This document shows positions 25,600 to 39,542 of a DNA stretch of 64,000 nt, piece after piece. Location of the stretch: positions 61,754,001-61,818,000 of the forward strand of contig NC_045696.1 in assembly GCF_009834535.1 (NCBI RefSeq). The letters are read 5' to 3'. How positions within the stretch are numbered: position 1 is the first letter of the stretch; every line of letters begins with the position of its first letter. Made by a program: the position numbers and the translations under genes. Below the pieces are notes generated by a model, which worked only from the letters and a program-made list of their open reading frames with translations, searched no databases and was not told the origin of the DNA. Origin of the DNA: Camelus ferus. Taxonomy: Eukaryota.

Positions 25600-28500
25600 T
25601 TCTGTATGAGTAGACAGCAAAGGATCACCGGATGTTTGAGAAAAACCTTTAACATTAGAGAGTCTGAAACAACAGAGGATAAAAAAGGAATGAAGAAGAA
25701 ATAGGGGATAAAACCCAGCCACTACACACACATAAACTATATAATTTTCAAAGAGAGGCGATAAAGTGCATCCATGAAACAAGAAAAGTATTCTCAGAGG
25801 AAAAATGATCAGACAACAATGAGAAATAATTATTAGAATATCAGCATTTAAGATTACCAACAAAAACAAGAGATTTCAATAGGCAAAGGATTGGAAGACA
25901 GTTAAGAAAATTTCCCTAGACTGTTAAAAATACAAAGATGGAAAATATGAGAGAAAAAGTTAACTGTTACAAGATCAGACCAAAACGAATTGATCTAACT
26001 GATAAGAACAAAGAAAAATAATCAAATAATAGGAAAAAAACCTCCCAGATCTGAAGAATATGATTTCCAGGTGGAAGGAGCTCACAGAGTACTCAACACA
26101 GTGAATCACATCATCCTGAAATTTCATTATACCAGAGATAAGACAGCAAAATCTATTATACTTCCAATCAGGATGGAGTAACAGGGAACAGATTTACTTC
26201 CCCACTTAAGAAAACTAAAGCACTGGGGAAAAAATATGCAAAACAGCGGTTTTCAGGATGTTGGACATCAGACTAAAGGAAAGTGATCCCTAAGAGATGG
26301 GAAACAAATGAGATGAGTCCTACAGTTGATCCTACTGTTGCTTGCAGAGTTTCCAGCATAGGAAGGGACAATTGAGTGGTCTCCTAAAGTTGAAAAACAG
26401 GGCTGGGAATTGGGGGATGCCAAGGCTGCTAGTTTGTAGTCAGAGTACCAGAGAGTGAAGAGCTGAATGGAAAGAGAGAGAAAGATCTGCAGAGAGTCCC
26501 CTTTGAGTCTTCAGTAGCACATCCATGTGAGGAAACTTCCCAAAGCTGGAGGAAAAAAAAAACAACACTGGAAATTATTAGAGGGAACAGCCCTTAGAGC
26601 TTACACAAGGCCCAGAATATTTCCTGTTCCCAGCATTAAGAGAAGAAAACATTGGATAGAGGTCTTGCCTCACTAGTGGGACAGAATTAGCCCTAGATTA
26701 AATGCTACTTCAGTCTTGCCTAACAAAAAAAAATTTTTTTTTAGAAAATTTAAAAAATAATACGTAAAAGGATCAACTGTTTCTAAAATTGTTTCTCTCC
26801 TATATGAGTAGACAGCTGAGAATCACCTTTCTATGTCCCAGAAGTTCACAAATATTTTTAGGAATACAAAAATTTCAGTGCCTGGTATCCAGTCAATATC
26901 ATCCAGGCATTCAAAGACCCATAATGAGTAAAATCCATCAACTGGAATCAATCCGAAAGTGACACAGATGATAGAATTAGTAGGCACGGACATTAAAATA
27001 GTTAAATGACTGTATCCCGCATGTTGAAGACCCCAAAGGAAAGATTCAGCACATTAAGAAGAAGGGAAGGAAGATATAAAAAGGAAATAAAATAAAAATT
27101 CTGGAGTTGGAAAATACAATGGACAGCACTAACAGTAGATTAGACATTGCAGAATAAAAGATCAGTGAATTTGAAGACCATGGCAATAGAAACCATCCAA
27201 AATGAATCTTAGAAAAAAAAAGGCTTAAACAAAAGTGAACAGACATATAAAACAAACTTATGGTTACCAGGGGAGGAAGGGGCTGAGAAGGGATAAATTG
27301 GGAGTTCGAGATTTGCAGATACTAATATATATAAAATAGCTGAACAACAAGTTCATACTGTATAGCACAGGGAACTATATTCAATATCTTATAGTAACAT
27401 ATAGTGAAAAAGAATATGAAAACAAATATATGTATGTTCCTGTATGACTGAAGCATTATGCTGTACACCAGAAACTGACACAACATTGTAAACTGACTGT
27501 ACTTCAATAAATAAATATATATATATATACACATACACACACAAAAAAAGTAAACAGCTGTGGGACAACTTCAGGCAGACTAATGTAAGTGTAACTGAAG
27601 TCTCCAAAGGAAGGGATGGAAGACACTAAAAAAATACTTTAAAAGAAAAAAACAACCTTTAAAAAAATGGCTGATTTTTTTTCCCGAAATTTAATGGAAA
27701 CTATAAACCCACAGATTGAAGAAATTTAATGGGTTCTGAGCATAGGAAACATGATGAACACTACACCAAAGCACATAATCAAAACCAATGATAGAGAGAA
27801 AATCTTAAAAATGTCCAGATCTTACACTCAATTTTCTGTGAACCTAAAACTGCTCTAAAAAATAGTCTGTTTTAAAAAAATACTTAGTGTTATAAACCAA
27901 AAAATAAAAAAAAAAGCTGTCAGAAAGAAAAGACACATTACATATAGAGGAAAAAAATGACAAGACTTTATGTAAGCGACAATGCAGCCAGAAAACAAGG
28001 ATCAACATCTTTAAAGTACTTAAATTTAAAAAATTTTTTTTCAAAAAATAAAAACTTTAAATTAAAAAGAAAATTGTCAGGTTAAAATTCTATATCCTTT
28101 GAAAATATGCTTCAAAAATGAAGGGAAAACAGAACTTTTTTTTAACATAAGCTGGAAGAAGTTACACCAGCACAGCTGCATTATAAGAAATGGTTAAACT
28201 AAATCCTTCAGGCTGAAAGGAAATGATGTCAGATGGAGGTGTGGATCTACATAAAGAAATGAAAATCACTGGAAATGGTAAATGTTTTTTCTTACCTAAA
28301 TCTCTTAAATGATAATTTAGTTTTTTAAGAAATGAAGCACTGATACGTGCTCTCACATGGATAAACCTCAAAAACTAAACTAAGTGAAAAGAGCCATTTA
28401 CAAAAGACCACATGTTATATGATACCATTTATGTGAAATGGCCAGATTAAGCAAATCTGTGGAGACAGAAAGTAGATTAGTAGTTGTTTAGAGCTGAGGG

Positions 28501-30155
28501 AGGAGCAGAGGGAGCAACTGGAAGTGATTGCTAATGGGTACAAGGAGGTTTCTTTTGGGAATGATGAAAATGTCCCAGAGTTATGTTGTAGTGACTCTGT
28601 AAATGTACTAAATGCGTAATTCTATAAATGTACTAAAACCCATTGGATTGTCCAATTTAAAACAGGTGAACTTTATGGTATGCAGAGAGGTAGTTAATAC
28701 ATAGTTAAGAAAAAAAAAGGGAAGCAGAAATGAAGAATAGATGTCATTAGAAAACAAATGTAAGTAGGATGATCGGTTTAAACCCAACTGTATCAATCAG
28801 ATTGCTAAAGCAGACCTAAATATATACTTCCTGTAAGAAATCCACTTAACAAATATAAAGCCGTAAAATAGGTTAAAATAAAATACTTTTTAGAAGTATG
28901 CTAAAAAAGACACCTGGACTGGCTAGGTTATTATCAGAAAAAGTAGATTTTAGAGCAAGAAGTTCTCCTCTAAATAGTTAAGGGATAAGGAATAAGTTAT
29001 TTCATATACCAGACGGTATAGCAGAACTAAATATTTATGCACTTAATAGCAAAGCTTCAAGATACACAAAGCAAAAACAGAATTTCAAGAAGAAATATAC
29101 AATGATAGTTGCAGATTGCGGTACACTGGTTGCAATAATTGTTAGAACAAGTAGACAAAAAATTGCTAAAACTAACAACCAACTTGATCAATTGACATTT
29201 ATAGAAGAATACTCTATTCTTTTTAAGTGAACACGAAATGTTTACTAAGACATCATATTCTGGGACGATTTTTTAAAGTCTCAATGAATTTTAGGAAGAT
29301 TCAAGTCACAAAGTATATATTCTGTGACAACAATGTAATTAAGTTAGAAATCAGTGGAAAGATCTCTGGAAATATTTGGAAAATAAATAAAAACACTTCC
29401 AAATAAATGAAGAAATTAAGAGGATATTTGGGAAGTACAGTAAACTGAATGAAAATGAAAATTCAGGACATCAGTATCTATGATGCTGCTAACACAGTAC
29501 TTAGAGGAACTTTACAGTTTTAAATGTCCATATTAGAAAAGAAAAGAGAGATCAAATCCATGATTTTAGCTAAGCTATTTTACTACACTAGAAGAGAAGA
29601 GCAGGCGAGATCCAACGTAAGCAGATGAAAAGAAAAAAATAATTCAAAGTGAAAAATCAGTGAAATTTTTTAAAAATACAGAAAAATCAATGAAACCAAA
29701 AGCTGATTTGTTGCGAGTATCAGTAAAATAGACAAACCTTTACCAAGACTGATGGGATGGTAGGGAGGCAGAGAAGACACAAATTGCCAATGTTGAGAGT
29801 GACAGAGATGGCATCTCTGTAGATTTTACAGATATTAAAAAGATACGGTAATATTAAGAACAAATACATACAAATAAGTTCAACAAATTAGATAAACTGG
29901 AAAAATTTCTTGAAAGACTCAAAGAAAAATAGGTAACCTGAAAACCCTAAATTAGGAAAGTTTAGTTTATAGTTACTAGCCTTCCCACAAAGAAAATAGC
30001 AGACTCAGATGGCTTCATCAGTGAATTTTACCAAACATTTGAGGAAGAAATATTACCAATTCTATATAAAATTCTAGAAAATTGAATAGGAAGGAATAAT
30101 TCTCAAGTCACTTTTATGAGGCCAGCATTACTCATGTACCAAAGACATTACAAGA
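25600..30155 (+). mobile_element. Ancient L1 (ORF1 and ORF2 remnants, with nested insertions)
   Basis: A-rich L1-like sequence, e.g. GATGGCTTCATCAGTGAATTTTACCAAACATTTGAGGAAGAAAT near 30008; borders approximate. Confidence 0.75.
27243..27545 (+). mobile_element. L1 3'-end fragment nested in an old L1
   Basis: L1 3' UTR, AATAAA at 27506, (TA)n(CA)n tail; AAAAGT(G/A)AACAG at 27231-27242 and 27546-27557. Confidence 0.88.
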
Positions 30156-30218
30156 GGAGAAGGGTATATTTACTAATCTTTATTTAAATAATCTTGTTTA
30201 AATAGGCTCTTTTTTTAA

Positions 30219-30425
<207 letters not shown>

Positions 30426-30657
30426 TGAATTCTTAGTGCTTTTCTCTTCTTATAAAAGTGTTTGTGGCTGAATGTATTCTTTTCCGAGGGAGCTGGGCCT
30501 ATTGCTTATAATTATGCAAAATAGATTCAGAAAACTAGACTTTTTAGAATTTACAATTGTGTAGATTGATTTATTTATATATTTTGTCACTTAGCTCTGG
30601 AAATTGATCTTATTGGAGCAATTCAAAACAACTAATTTCTGAATATCTTTTTGTTAG

Positions 30658-30805
30658 GGCATGCCAGAACAGTGGGCTCGATTATTACAGACCTCCAATA
30701 TCACCAAACTAGAGCAAAAGAAGAATCCTCAGGCCGTGCTGGATGTCTTAAAGTTCTATGACTCCAACACAGTGAAGCAGAAATATCTGAGCTTTACTCC
30801 TCCTG
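30658..30805 (+). CDS. PAK2: PAK2 exon 4, autoinhibitory domain
   Basis: ttag|[52 protein letters not shown]; gtaaga donor. Confidence 0.97.
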
Positions 30806-32413
30806 GTAAGATATCAGACCGTGGTAAAAGATTGACTTAAAGAGGACTGCAGAGTTGTGGAGCACTTCTAGATAAAAAGATTGCTTAAATAAAAAGCTGA
30901 GCTATGGTAGTTGTCTCTGCTTTTCCCCCTGCATAGATTTACCTTTTGTAAACTGATTGGAGCAGCTCTTATGCATAATTTGGAGTTTGGGGATTATATT
31001 AATCTCTTAGTTTTGCCCAAATAGATTTTTTCTGCCTTTTATTTGTTTTCCCTCTTCACAGGTTTTGGATGAGTTCCAGCAATAGAAGGGAAAGAGCCTA
31101 ATTTATAGGCATGCTCATACTAGAAACGTTATTTATTGTTAGTGGGACAGGAGGAGGGATGTTTTGGATGTTTTACTGTATATAAACACAGACTTTGAAG
31201 TAAAAAAAAGTTTTTGTCTCCTCAAAAATTGAAGCTCATCTAATATAAAAACATAAAATAAGCATTAGAACTAAAAGAATTGGAATATCATTAGGTAAGA
31301 ATTGGAGAATAGTGGGTTTTTTAAGTTTACTCGTTCAAGTAAGGATCAGAATAAAGTCCACACATTACAGTGGAGTACTGTATGTCTTGAACCTCTTTGG
31401 ATATTTAGGCTTCCCCTCCCTCACACTGATTCTCAGGCCTCTTTTTCTTGCAACTTATTTGTTGAGGAAACAGGATCATTTGTCCTGTCTCCCTCAGGGT
31501 GGATTTTGCTAATTACATACCAGATTGTCATTTTATGTTTCTCTGTCCCCTCAAGTCATACATGTAGTTCTTAAAAAACAATATGATTGAGCTAAAATTA
31601 TACATGTAGTTTTAATTAGTTGTACTTACTTGGTTGCATCCTTGCAGAAATAAAAGGTGTGTCAAAGGAAGAAATAGAGACCACTTGGCAAATGATCTTG
31701 ACCTTTTTTATGTAATCTGGTACATCTTTAGCAAAAGGTCAGATTTGTCCCTAGAAATTTTGTCAACTACTCAAGTGTGTAAATTAGTAATCTTTTTTAA
31801 AGTCAAATGTTTAAACAGAAAATGGTATATTTATATATATGTTCATATATGTGTTGAGATGGGGGCATTTTAAAAAGTAAAACAACAAAACTTGCTCTTC
31901 TAAACTCCAGAATGAATATGTTCATATTTAGTCTTCATGAACTGTGTTTTGCCTTCAGGGGTTTGCTTTCATATTGATCAAAATTTTTGTCAATAATTTT
32001 CCTTTTACATAGTTACTTGGTCCAAATGATCAGTTGCTTTAAGTTCTTCGATTAGCAGTTTGGTGGAGAAAATATCGTTGTGAATAAACTTCTGATTTAT
32101 TTTAATAAATGCAGATTGACAGGTACATTTTCAAGTAAACTTTTAACAGCTATAAAATTCACCCACTTGAAGTGTACAATTCAGTGATTTTTAGCAAGAG
32201 TTCCATTAAGATTTGAGGCTTGTTAGCTCAATCTTACATAAATTTTTATTTGAATACTGATACTATTTTTCTCAAAATGTAATTCAACTTAAAATGAAAT
32301 CAGTCTAAGAACATTTTACTTGCTCTGCTTTATCTTTTCTTTCTTTCGTTGTATAGAAATTGTTTTATTTTTTTGAATTGTTAACTTAGCATTATTTTCT
32401 GTTTTGTATTCAG

Positions 32414-32445
32414 AGAAAGATGGCTTCACTTCTGGAACACCAGCA
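32414..32445 (+). CDS. PAK2: PAK2 exon 5 (32-nt small exon)
   Basis: ttcag|AG; (E)KDGFTSGTPA; gtaagt donor; restores the frame between exons 4 and 6. Confidence 0.95.
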
Positions 32446-33054
32446 GTAAGTTAATATGTTGTCTTATAGCTCTTGTTCTAATTTATTAGTTACCCAAACA
32501 AATCTAGTTTTTATTTTACTTTCTAAAATAAATTACAGCCATCAGAAATAACCACTTAATGTTTGTTTTTAGCTAGCCACTTGATTAGTTGAGGAAGCTA
32601 TATTAAACAAATAGAATTTCCTCAGATGATGCTTAAAGTAACTAAAACTTATGATCTTTAGAGCAGTTTAGCTACTTTTAATAATATTTCCATATATAAA
32701 CATGAATGCAAAGAACTAGCCAGCATTTTCCTCTGGCCCCATTCTACTGAATATAGACTGTGGAAATATACTGAACAGTAGAAGTCTGTCAGAATCTTCA
32801 GAGTTGTTTGAAACTCTTATGTTTTCATGTAAGCACAAATACCTCCTGCAGTCACTGTTTTATTTTCAATTCCTCAATTAGGAGAACATGATCTCCTGAA
32901 TTTATTTGAAGACTAAATGTAATAACATATAAAGTACACAGCTAGCACACACCTGGCATATAATAAGCTTGGTATAAAGGATAATGCCTTCCTCTTTTGC
33001 TTCACTAGCCGCCACTTTTTCTGGTGAATCTGAGTGTTTTAAATAACTGAAAGT

Positions 33055-33201
33055 GGGGAGGGAGGTTATAGCTCAGTGGTAGAGTGCGTGCTTAGCATGC
33101 ACAAGGTCCTGGGTTCAATCCCCAGTACCTCCATCAAAATAAATAATAAAGTAAATAAAAACCTAATTACCTTACCCACACCCCACTCCCTCCAACAAAA
33201 T
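33055..33201 (+). mobile_element. tRNA-Ala-derived SINE (vic-1-like)
   Basis: tRNA-like head with A and B boxes, A-rich tail, TSD AATAACTGAAA at 33042-33052 and 33202-33212. Confidence 0.93.
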
Positions 33202-33574
33202 AATAACTGAAAATGACTCTGACTTACACAAAGCCCAGAGGATTTTTGGTTTTGGTCTTAACAAATGAAGGGATTGTCTACTTTGGGGGCTTGTTTAAAG
33301 GGTATACAATTCTCTATAAAGTGTATAAATTCCCTCTTAAAGAATACTTGGTATTTACTGTATACATTTATTTTATGAATTTACTTTTCTATAGTGTATA
33401 GAGTCACCTTTACTTTTTCAAGTGTTTATATTAGAACCTGTGAGGTTTTACCATTTTAAAATGAGCTACTAAAGAAATACTTTTTCAAGTATGTTTTAAA
33501 AAAAAGAAAGTCATATTTTAATGTATTGTTATATTTGACTTGTCTTCCTTACTTCGGTCATGTGATAAATGCAG

Positions 33575-33682
33575 CTGAACACCAAGGGATCGGAGACGTC
33601 AGCAGTAGTAGCAGAGGAAGATGACGATGATGAAGAGACCGCTCCTCCTGTTATTGCCCCACGACCAGATCATACAAAATCA
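33575..33682 (+). CDS. PAK2: PAK2 exon 6, acidic stretch and PIX-binding proline motif
   Basis: gcag|[39 protein letters not shown]; gtgagt donor. Confidence 0.96.
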
Positions 33683-34746
33683 GTGAGTTTCTGATTAGTG
33701 AATTGGGTTGTGTGTGTATGCATTTATGTTTTTAAAAACAGAGGTCTTTATTTTACTTCCAGTGATTAATTTTAAAAACCTTCAGGCTTAAAATATTTTA
33801 GAATGGGAAGTTTGATTTTTACCTAAACACCACTCATCAAAAATCTAGTGTTTTGAAAATTAAAATCAAATGGCTTCTTTAAAAGTTAAAATACCTATCT
33901 CATTGTTTTTTCTTTCTCTATTATACCATCTCTTCCAGAGAATTCATCTGTTTATCTGCCTTTTCTCTGTTTGTCTCAGTGCAGATAACTACTATATCTA
34001 AAACTGTATCTTACCTCTTTCCCAAAGTATGTATTTTATCTTCGATTGTACATTTCTCTCAAAGCCTTGGTGTCATTCAGGAGGCTGCTAAGAGTGAAGT
34101 TTCTAACAGATATGGGAAATTTTAATAATAACTTTAGATAGGGACAGAAAGAGTCCTGTCCCTCTCCCTGTACTAATACGAATAAAGTCAGTGGAGTATG
34201 ACGAAGTGTTGGCACGGTAGGCAGGGGAGGCTCTAAGGACTGCCGTTGGCTCCTCACCTAATGATAGAGAGCTCTGTCTTTTTTACCACCTAGAACTGGC
34301 TGTTTGCAATGAAATGGTGGAAATTATATTTGTGTGAATATTTTGTGGGAATTAATAATAGTTATTTCAACATCAAGGTTTCCACTATTTTTGCTCTTTA
34401 TTTCTCTCTTGTAGAGAAAACATGATTTTTAAACTTGTACTTCTTTTTGCTTCATTGTTATTTTATAATTTTAGATCTGGTTAACACTATCATTTCGTTC
34501 AAGAATCTGCTGTTTTGTTAGACAGATTTTTAAAATATATACATGATGTGCCAAAGAAAAATGTCTCACATTTATTCCTTAGTTACCAGTCTTTTATAAG
34601 ACAAGTCTGAAAATATTATTCTCATTCTTTATAATACCAGAGACAACTTAGTTTTTGTCAAAAATGAGAGAACTGAATGGTGTGCAAGTAAGAATACCTA
34701 AAAATATTTTTTCCTCAAGCCTCAGTAATTAACTGTTTCTCTGCAG

Positions 34747-34879
34747 ATTTATACACGGTCTGTTATTGATCCTATTCCTGCACCAGTTGGCGATTCTAAT
34801 GTTGATAGTGGTGCCAAGTCTTCAGACAAACAGAAAAAGAAGGCCAAAATGACAGATGAAGAGATTATGGAGAAATTAA
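34747..34879 (+). CDS. PAK2: PAK2 exon 7, contains caspase site Asp212
   Basis: ctgcag|ATT; IYTRSVIDPIPAPVGDSNVDSGAKSSDKQKKKAKMTDEEIMEKL; gtatgt donor. Confidence 0.97.
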
Positions 34880-36257
34880 GTATGTTACCTACATTTCACA
34901 TCATTCTTAAATTGCTAACATCTCTTGAGACATTGGGCCCAGATGGATTTTAATTTATATCTTAGATTTTGGCTTATAAATTATGAATTATTTTCTTCTA
35001 GGAACAACAGCTTTAATTAAAATGTAGTAAAGCTAAAATAATACTCTTCTTTGCTTGTTTATTATTATATGCTGACTGGTAAGCAGCATCTTTGCAAGTC
35101 ATTACTTTGGGGAGTAATACTTTTTCCCAAAGGGCCAAATTTAAAGGTCATAGTTGGAAACTTTATCAAAGGAATATTTATGCACACCCATAGTTCTCAA
35201 TATGAGAATACAAAATGGCCTATATAGATATATGCGTGAGCATAAAATGTTTTTTTCCCCTCTTCTCCCTTTTCATCCGTCAGCTATTATTGCCTGGATC
35301 AAGCACTGGAAACAATACACACAGTGCAAAGAAAAGGAGCAATAATGTCTCTTTACAACTATACAGCAACTATAGTCACAAAGGACACTGACGTAGAGGG
35401 ATCAAGGAAAAATACTATGTATTGGTTGTAGGCTTGAGGTTGGGTACTTACGTAAAATTGGATTATTTCTGTGAATTTCTGAAATATGCTCCTCTCTCCT
35501 TTCACCTTGTAAAAGTTTAAGTGAAAATTTAGTGTGGTTTTCTCATGTTTTGACCTACTAGTAATAAGAATATAAGCTATACTTCTATGTACAACAACAT
35601 AATTTTAAAACCTTTCTTAGTTGCGACTTTGTGAACTTTCCTAAAATAGATATATGATTGGTTTGTGCGTGTTTCACATTAGAGTAACCATTATAGTAAT
35701 AAGTTGTTTCCTAAATATGTTGGACAATAGAAGGTATATAAGAAGAGTTAGAAAAGCTATTTAGGGTTTTTCATTTGGATATTGTATATATTTATTTTTT
35801 CATAGTAAGTAGTTTCATAACTTATCATTAGTTTAATACATTTCAATGGAGTCTAAAAAGTAAGATGCCAAACTTGTCATTTCCCCAGGAATTTCCCAAT
35901 TTTAAGACTGAACATGCCACATCCTGAAAACCCCCTTAGTCTCTGGAAAACTAGTACAATTGGTCAGTCTAAAAAGGGGTCATTTTTAAGAAAATGATAA
36001 TCAAGACATTAGTTAGGAGGTCTAGCCTTATGGAAATAATTTATCCTCTTGTTTCTGATACTTTTTTACTTATATTACTTGTTTCTTTAGTGTTTGTGTT
36101 TGAAACATATATTACTTTTGAAACTTAGTGTTGTGTTTGAAAACTACTGTTCTAAAATCAGTGGAGTTTATTAAAAGAAATAGTTACCAGAAATTGTTTA
36201 CAGTTTTAAAATTCTTGACTTAGATTCTAACTTTTTGTTGTTTTTTATTTGAAATAG

Positions 36258-36321
36258 GAACTATTGTAAGCATAGGTGACCCTAAGAAAAAATATACAAG
36301 ATATGAAAAAATTGGGCAAGG
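36258..36321 (+). CDS. PAK2: PAK2 exon 8, start of the kinase domain
   Basis: atag|[23 protein letters not shown]; gtaagt donor. Confidence 0.97.
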
Positions 36322-37575
36322 GTAAGTATTTGTGACTATATTCCCAGAATATTCATTCTTTCCTAGGTGTCCAGCATGACATCTTGTTTGCCTGACATTG
36401 AGCACTTATGATATTCAAGAGTGGTTTCCCTGGATTTGTGTAAATAAGCAATGCATTTATTTCTAGATGCTATTAAAATACTGTACTGCTTTGCAATGAT
36501 TATACATCATTTCTTCTTAAGTGTTATTTTCCACTGGTGGTAAGAGATTAGATGGGTGGGGAAATTGTCCAGCAAATATTTAAAAAACAGAAAGAAAATT
36601 TACAACAAGATCACACTTAAAAAAAAAAAAATACAACCCTGCATTTTAATCACATCACTGAGTATGGATCTTTAGTTCTACTGATCTGATTTTTTTCAGA
36701 AATTTGTATTTTTAAACTATACTAACTGAACTCTTTTTTCCTGGTACTTGGGGGCAAATAAACATCTTGAGTTTTTAATGTTACTAACCTCTGGAAAGTG
36801 TTCTGTGAGTTTAGAAAGTGAGCTTAAGTCTTTTTTTAAAAACTTACTTAATGAATTTTTTTTTTAAAAACCAAATTCAATTACAATGCTAGTTTCAATA
36901 ATAAAAAATTGAAAATCATGTTAATAATCTTGAGCATGATAATAGATAAACTACAGTATACTGAGCAATGTATACAATAATTATGAATGAACAAGAATAA
37001 CACCTGTTCATATGGATGACCATCTGAAATCAGTGTTGAGTTAAAAAACAAATAACAGGAAAATATATAAAATGAAACCATTTCTATGAAATTGTAAATT
37101 ATGTTAAATATCTTCTGTAGTAGTACATACCTATGTCCTTGATAGTTAAAATATAGAGAAATACATGGAAATGATGCACATCAAATACAGAATTAATACC
37201 CAATACAGATTACTTTTGGGATGAGGGAGGATGCTTTTGGAAAGGGTAGACAAGAACCTTCAAATTTATTTGTAGTTTTTTGTTTCTTAAGTAGGGAAGT
37301 GGATCCATGAGTATATGTTACTGTTTTTTTTCTTTTCTTTATCTTTTTCTTGTATTTTTAGAGGTCTGAAATTTATGACAAATTTTTAACATAAGTTTTG
37401 GCCACAGAGATTGCCTCTTTTTCTCATTTTTCCCCCCTTTACTTTTACTTCTTTTAAAGATGTTCAGTTTTAAATGTTCTTTAATCCCTTTTCAGTTGTT
37501 CTAAGTATAAAATCTTTGAATGCCATTAATGAGTGATTTAGAAACCCTAAATCTGGTTGTGTCTTTTTTCCCTAG

Positions 37576-37624
37576 GGCTTCCGGCACAGTTTTCACTGCT
37601 ACTGATGTAGCATTGGGACAAGAG
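37576..37624 (+). CDS. PAK2: PAK2 exon 9, glycine-rich loop
   Basis: cctag|G; ASGTVFTATDVALGQE; gtagct donor. Confidence 0.96.
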
Positions 37625-38145
37625 GTAGCTACTTTCTCATTCTTCTGGATGTTACCATTAGCTTTTTTTTTTTTTTTTTTTTAACCATTAGCTTTTAATA
37701 TAGGGAGAAACTAGATATGTCTGTGAATAATCAGTAGGAATCTCTTTTTCACTTGACTATGTTGAAAGAATTAGCCTACACAATGTTATAGCACTTCCCT
37801 TAGTAGAGGGAAAAAAAGAAGTAATTATGTGTTTAGTTTCATATGTTAAAAAATATTTTAAAAATTATTTTCCCAGATTAGGATGAAAAGATTAATTCCT
37901 GGCACTGGGCTGACCTTGGGTTGGTTAATCAGCTTCAAGAGAAATCTAAAAATATTTAGGCTCTTTGTACTACAAAGCATTGTGCATAGGCAGTGTGGAA
38001 GTAAAAGTACTGCCTGTGAGTAAATTGTAATCTTATTGTATAATATGTATATAATAAATTAAATGATTAACTGATTGGTGTTTGTAAATTTTCTAAGAGA
38101 ATTGGGAAACTGGTTCTCATTTTTTTTTTTCTGTTTCCATCATAG

Positions 38146-38258
38146 GTTGCTATCAAACAGATTAATTTACAGAAGCAGCCAAAGAAAGAATTGATCATTA
38201 ATGAGATCCTGGTGATGAAAGAATTGAAGAATCCTAACATAGTTAACTTCCTGGACAG
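38146..38258 (+). CDS. PAK2: PAK2 exon 10, VAIK lysine (K278)
   Basis: catag|[40 protein letters not shown]; gtaaat donor. Confidence 0.97.
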
Positions 38259-38979
38259 GTAAATATAAATATTTCTTAAACACTGGGAGGAGAAGTAGAA
38301 ATTTTACATCTCATGGGTTTGGGGACTAGCCACTTTAGTTAGGCTAGAGTCGAATGTCAATACTGAAAAATAAACTTGAAGATGGAGGAGAGGTAAAATA
38401 GCATATTACAGTTTGGAAGGTCCTTTTTCTACATAGATATCACTTGGCAAGCAAGAGGAGGCAGTTAAATGAAGGACATTGCTGTTGATGGTCATATTAA
38501 TTACAAATGATCAGAAGCAGAAACATTAAGGGAAGGTTGGCTGTGATTCATGCCTTGAATGACAAAGGTGACTGGCCACACAGTTTTTAAACTTTCAGGC
38601 CAATTTTTATTTCACATTTTGTCTTTCATGGGCAAGTAGTATGTCTATCTAAACCTCATTTAATTTAGGAATTGATGTTAAATAGCAAAACAAAAAACAG
38701 AATAGATAATTATGTATCTTACAACTTTTTTTAAGCAGTTACATGTATATGAATGAAAGAAGAATAGTAGAAAAATAAATGAAAATTATGGTAGTGATTG
38801 TATTGGAGATAGAGGATTATAGATGGTTTATTTATTTCCCATATTTAAATTTATTTTGAATGGGTTAAAATAAAACACAGTTTTAGACTTTAATGCTAAC
38901 TCTGGGGACCATGTTCATAGAATTAAACTTTCCAGATACATTTCCCCACTTTTTAAAATAGTGTTTCAAGTCAGTAAAA

Positions 38980-39170
38980 CATGGTGGTTAAGATAAGCCA
39001 TAAGCTTTGGAATCAGCTAAACCTGGCTTCAGATTCTAGTTCTGTCACCTAATGGCCACGTGACCTTGAATGAGTTACTTAGCCTTACCAAGCCTCTATC
39101 TCTTCATCTGTAAAAGAGGACGGATAGTTCCTACCTTATGGGATTATTTTAATTGAAATAATCTATGTAC
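38980..39170 (+). mobile_element. MIR
   Basis: GTGACCTTGAATGAGTTACTTAGCC...CTTCATCTGTAAAA core. Confidence 0.75.
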
Positions 39171-39332
39171 ACACTCAAGTTACAATTATGGGCAAACTTT
39201 AAAGTGATTCAGGAAAATCATAATGACTTTCGGTTATTTTTCTGTGCTGTTACATAGAAGCTTTTCAGTTTTTTTCCTAGCTATCAAAGCTACCAGCTTT
39301 CTGGTTTTTTAATTAGGGTGCCTAGTATTTAA

Positions 39333-39542
<210 letters not shown>

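Noticed and set aside
32428..32430. Thr at PAK2 residue 151, where I recall Pro in human
   Set aside because: Single change in a flexible linker; lineage specificity and effect cannot be judged without an alignment.
33060..33133. Near-intact tRNA-Ala(AGC) cloverleaf (and six similar copies) as functional tRNA genes
   Set aside because: Extra GGGGAG leader, A-rich tails, TSDs and scattered mutations identify them as SINEs.
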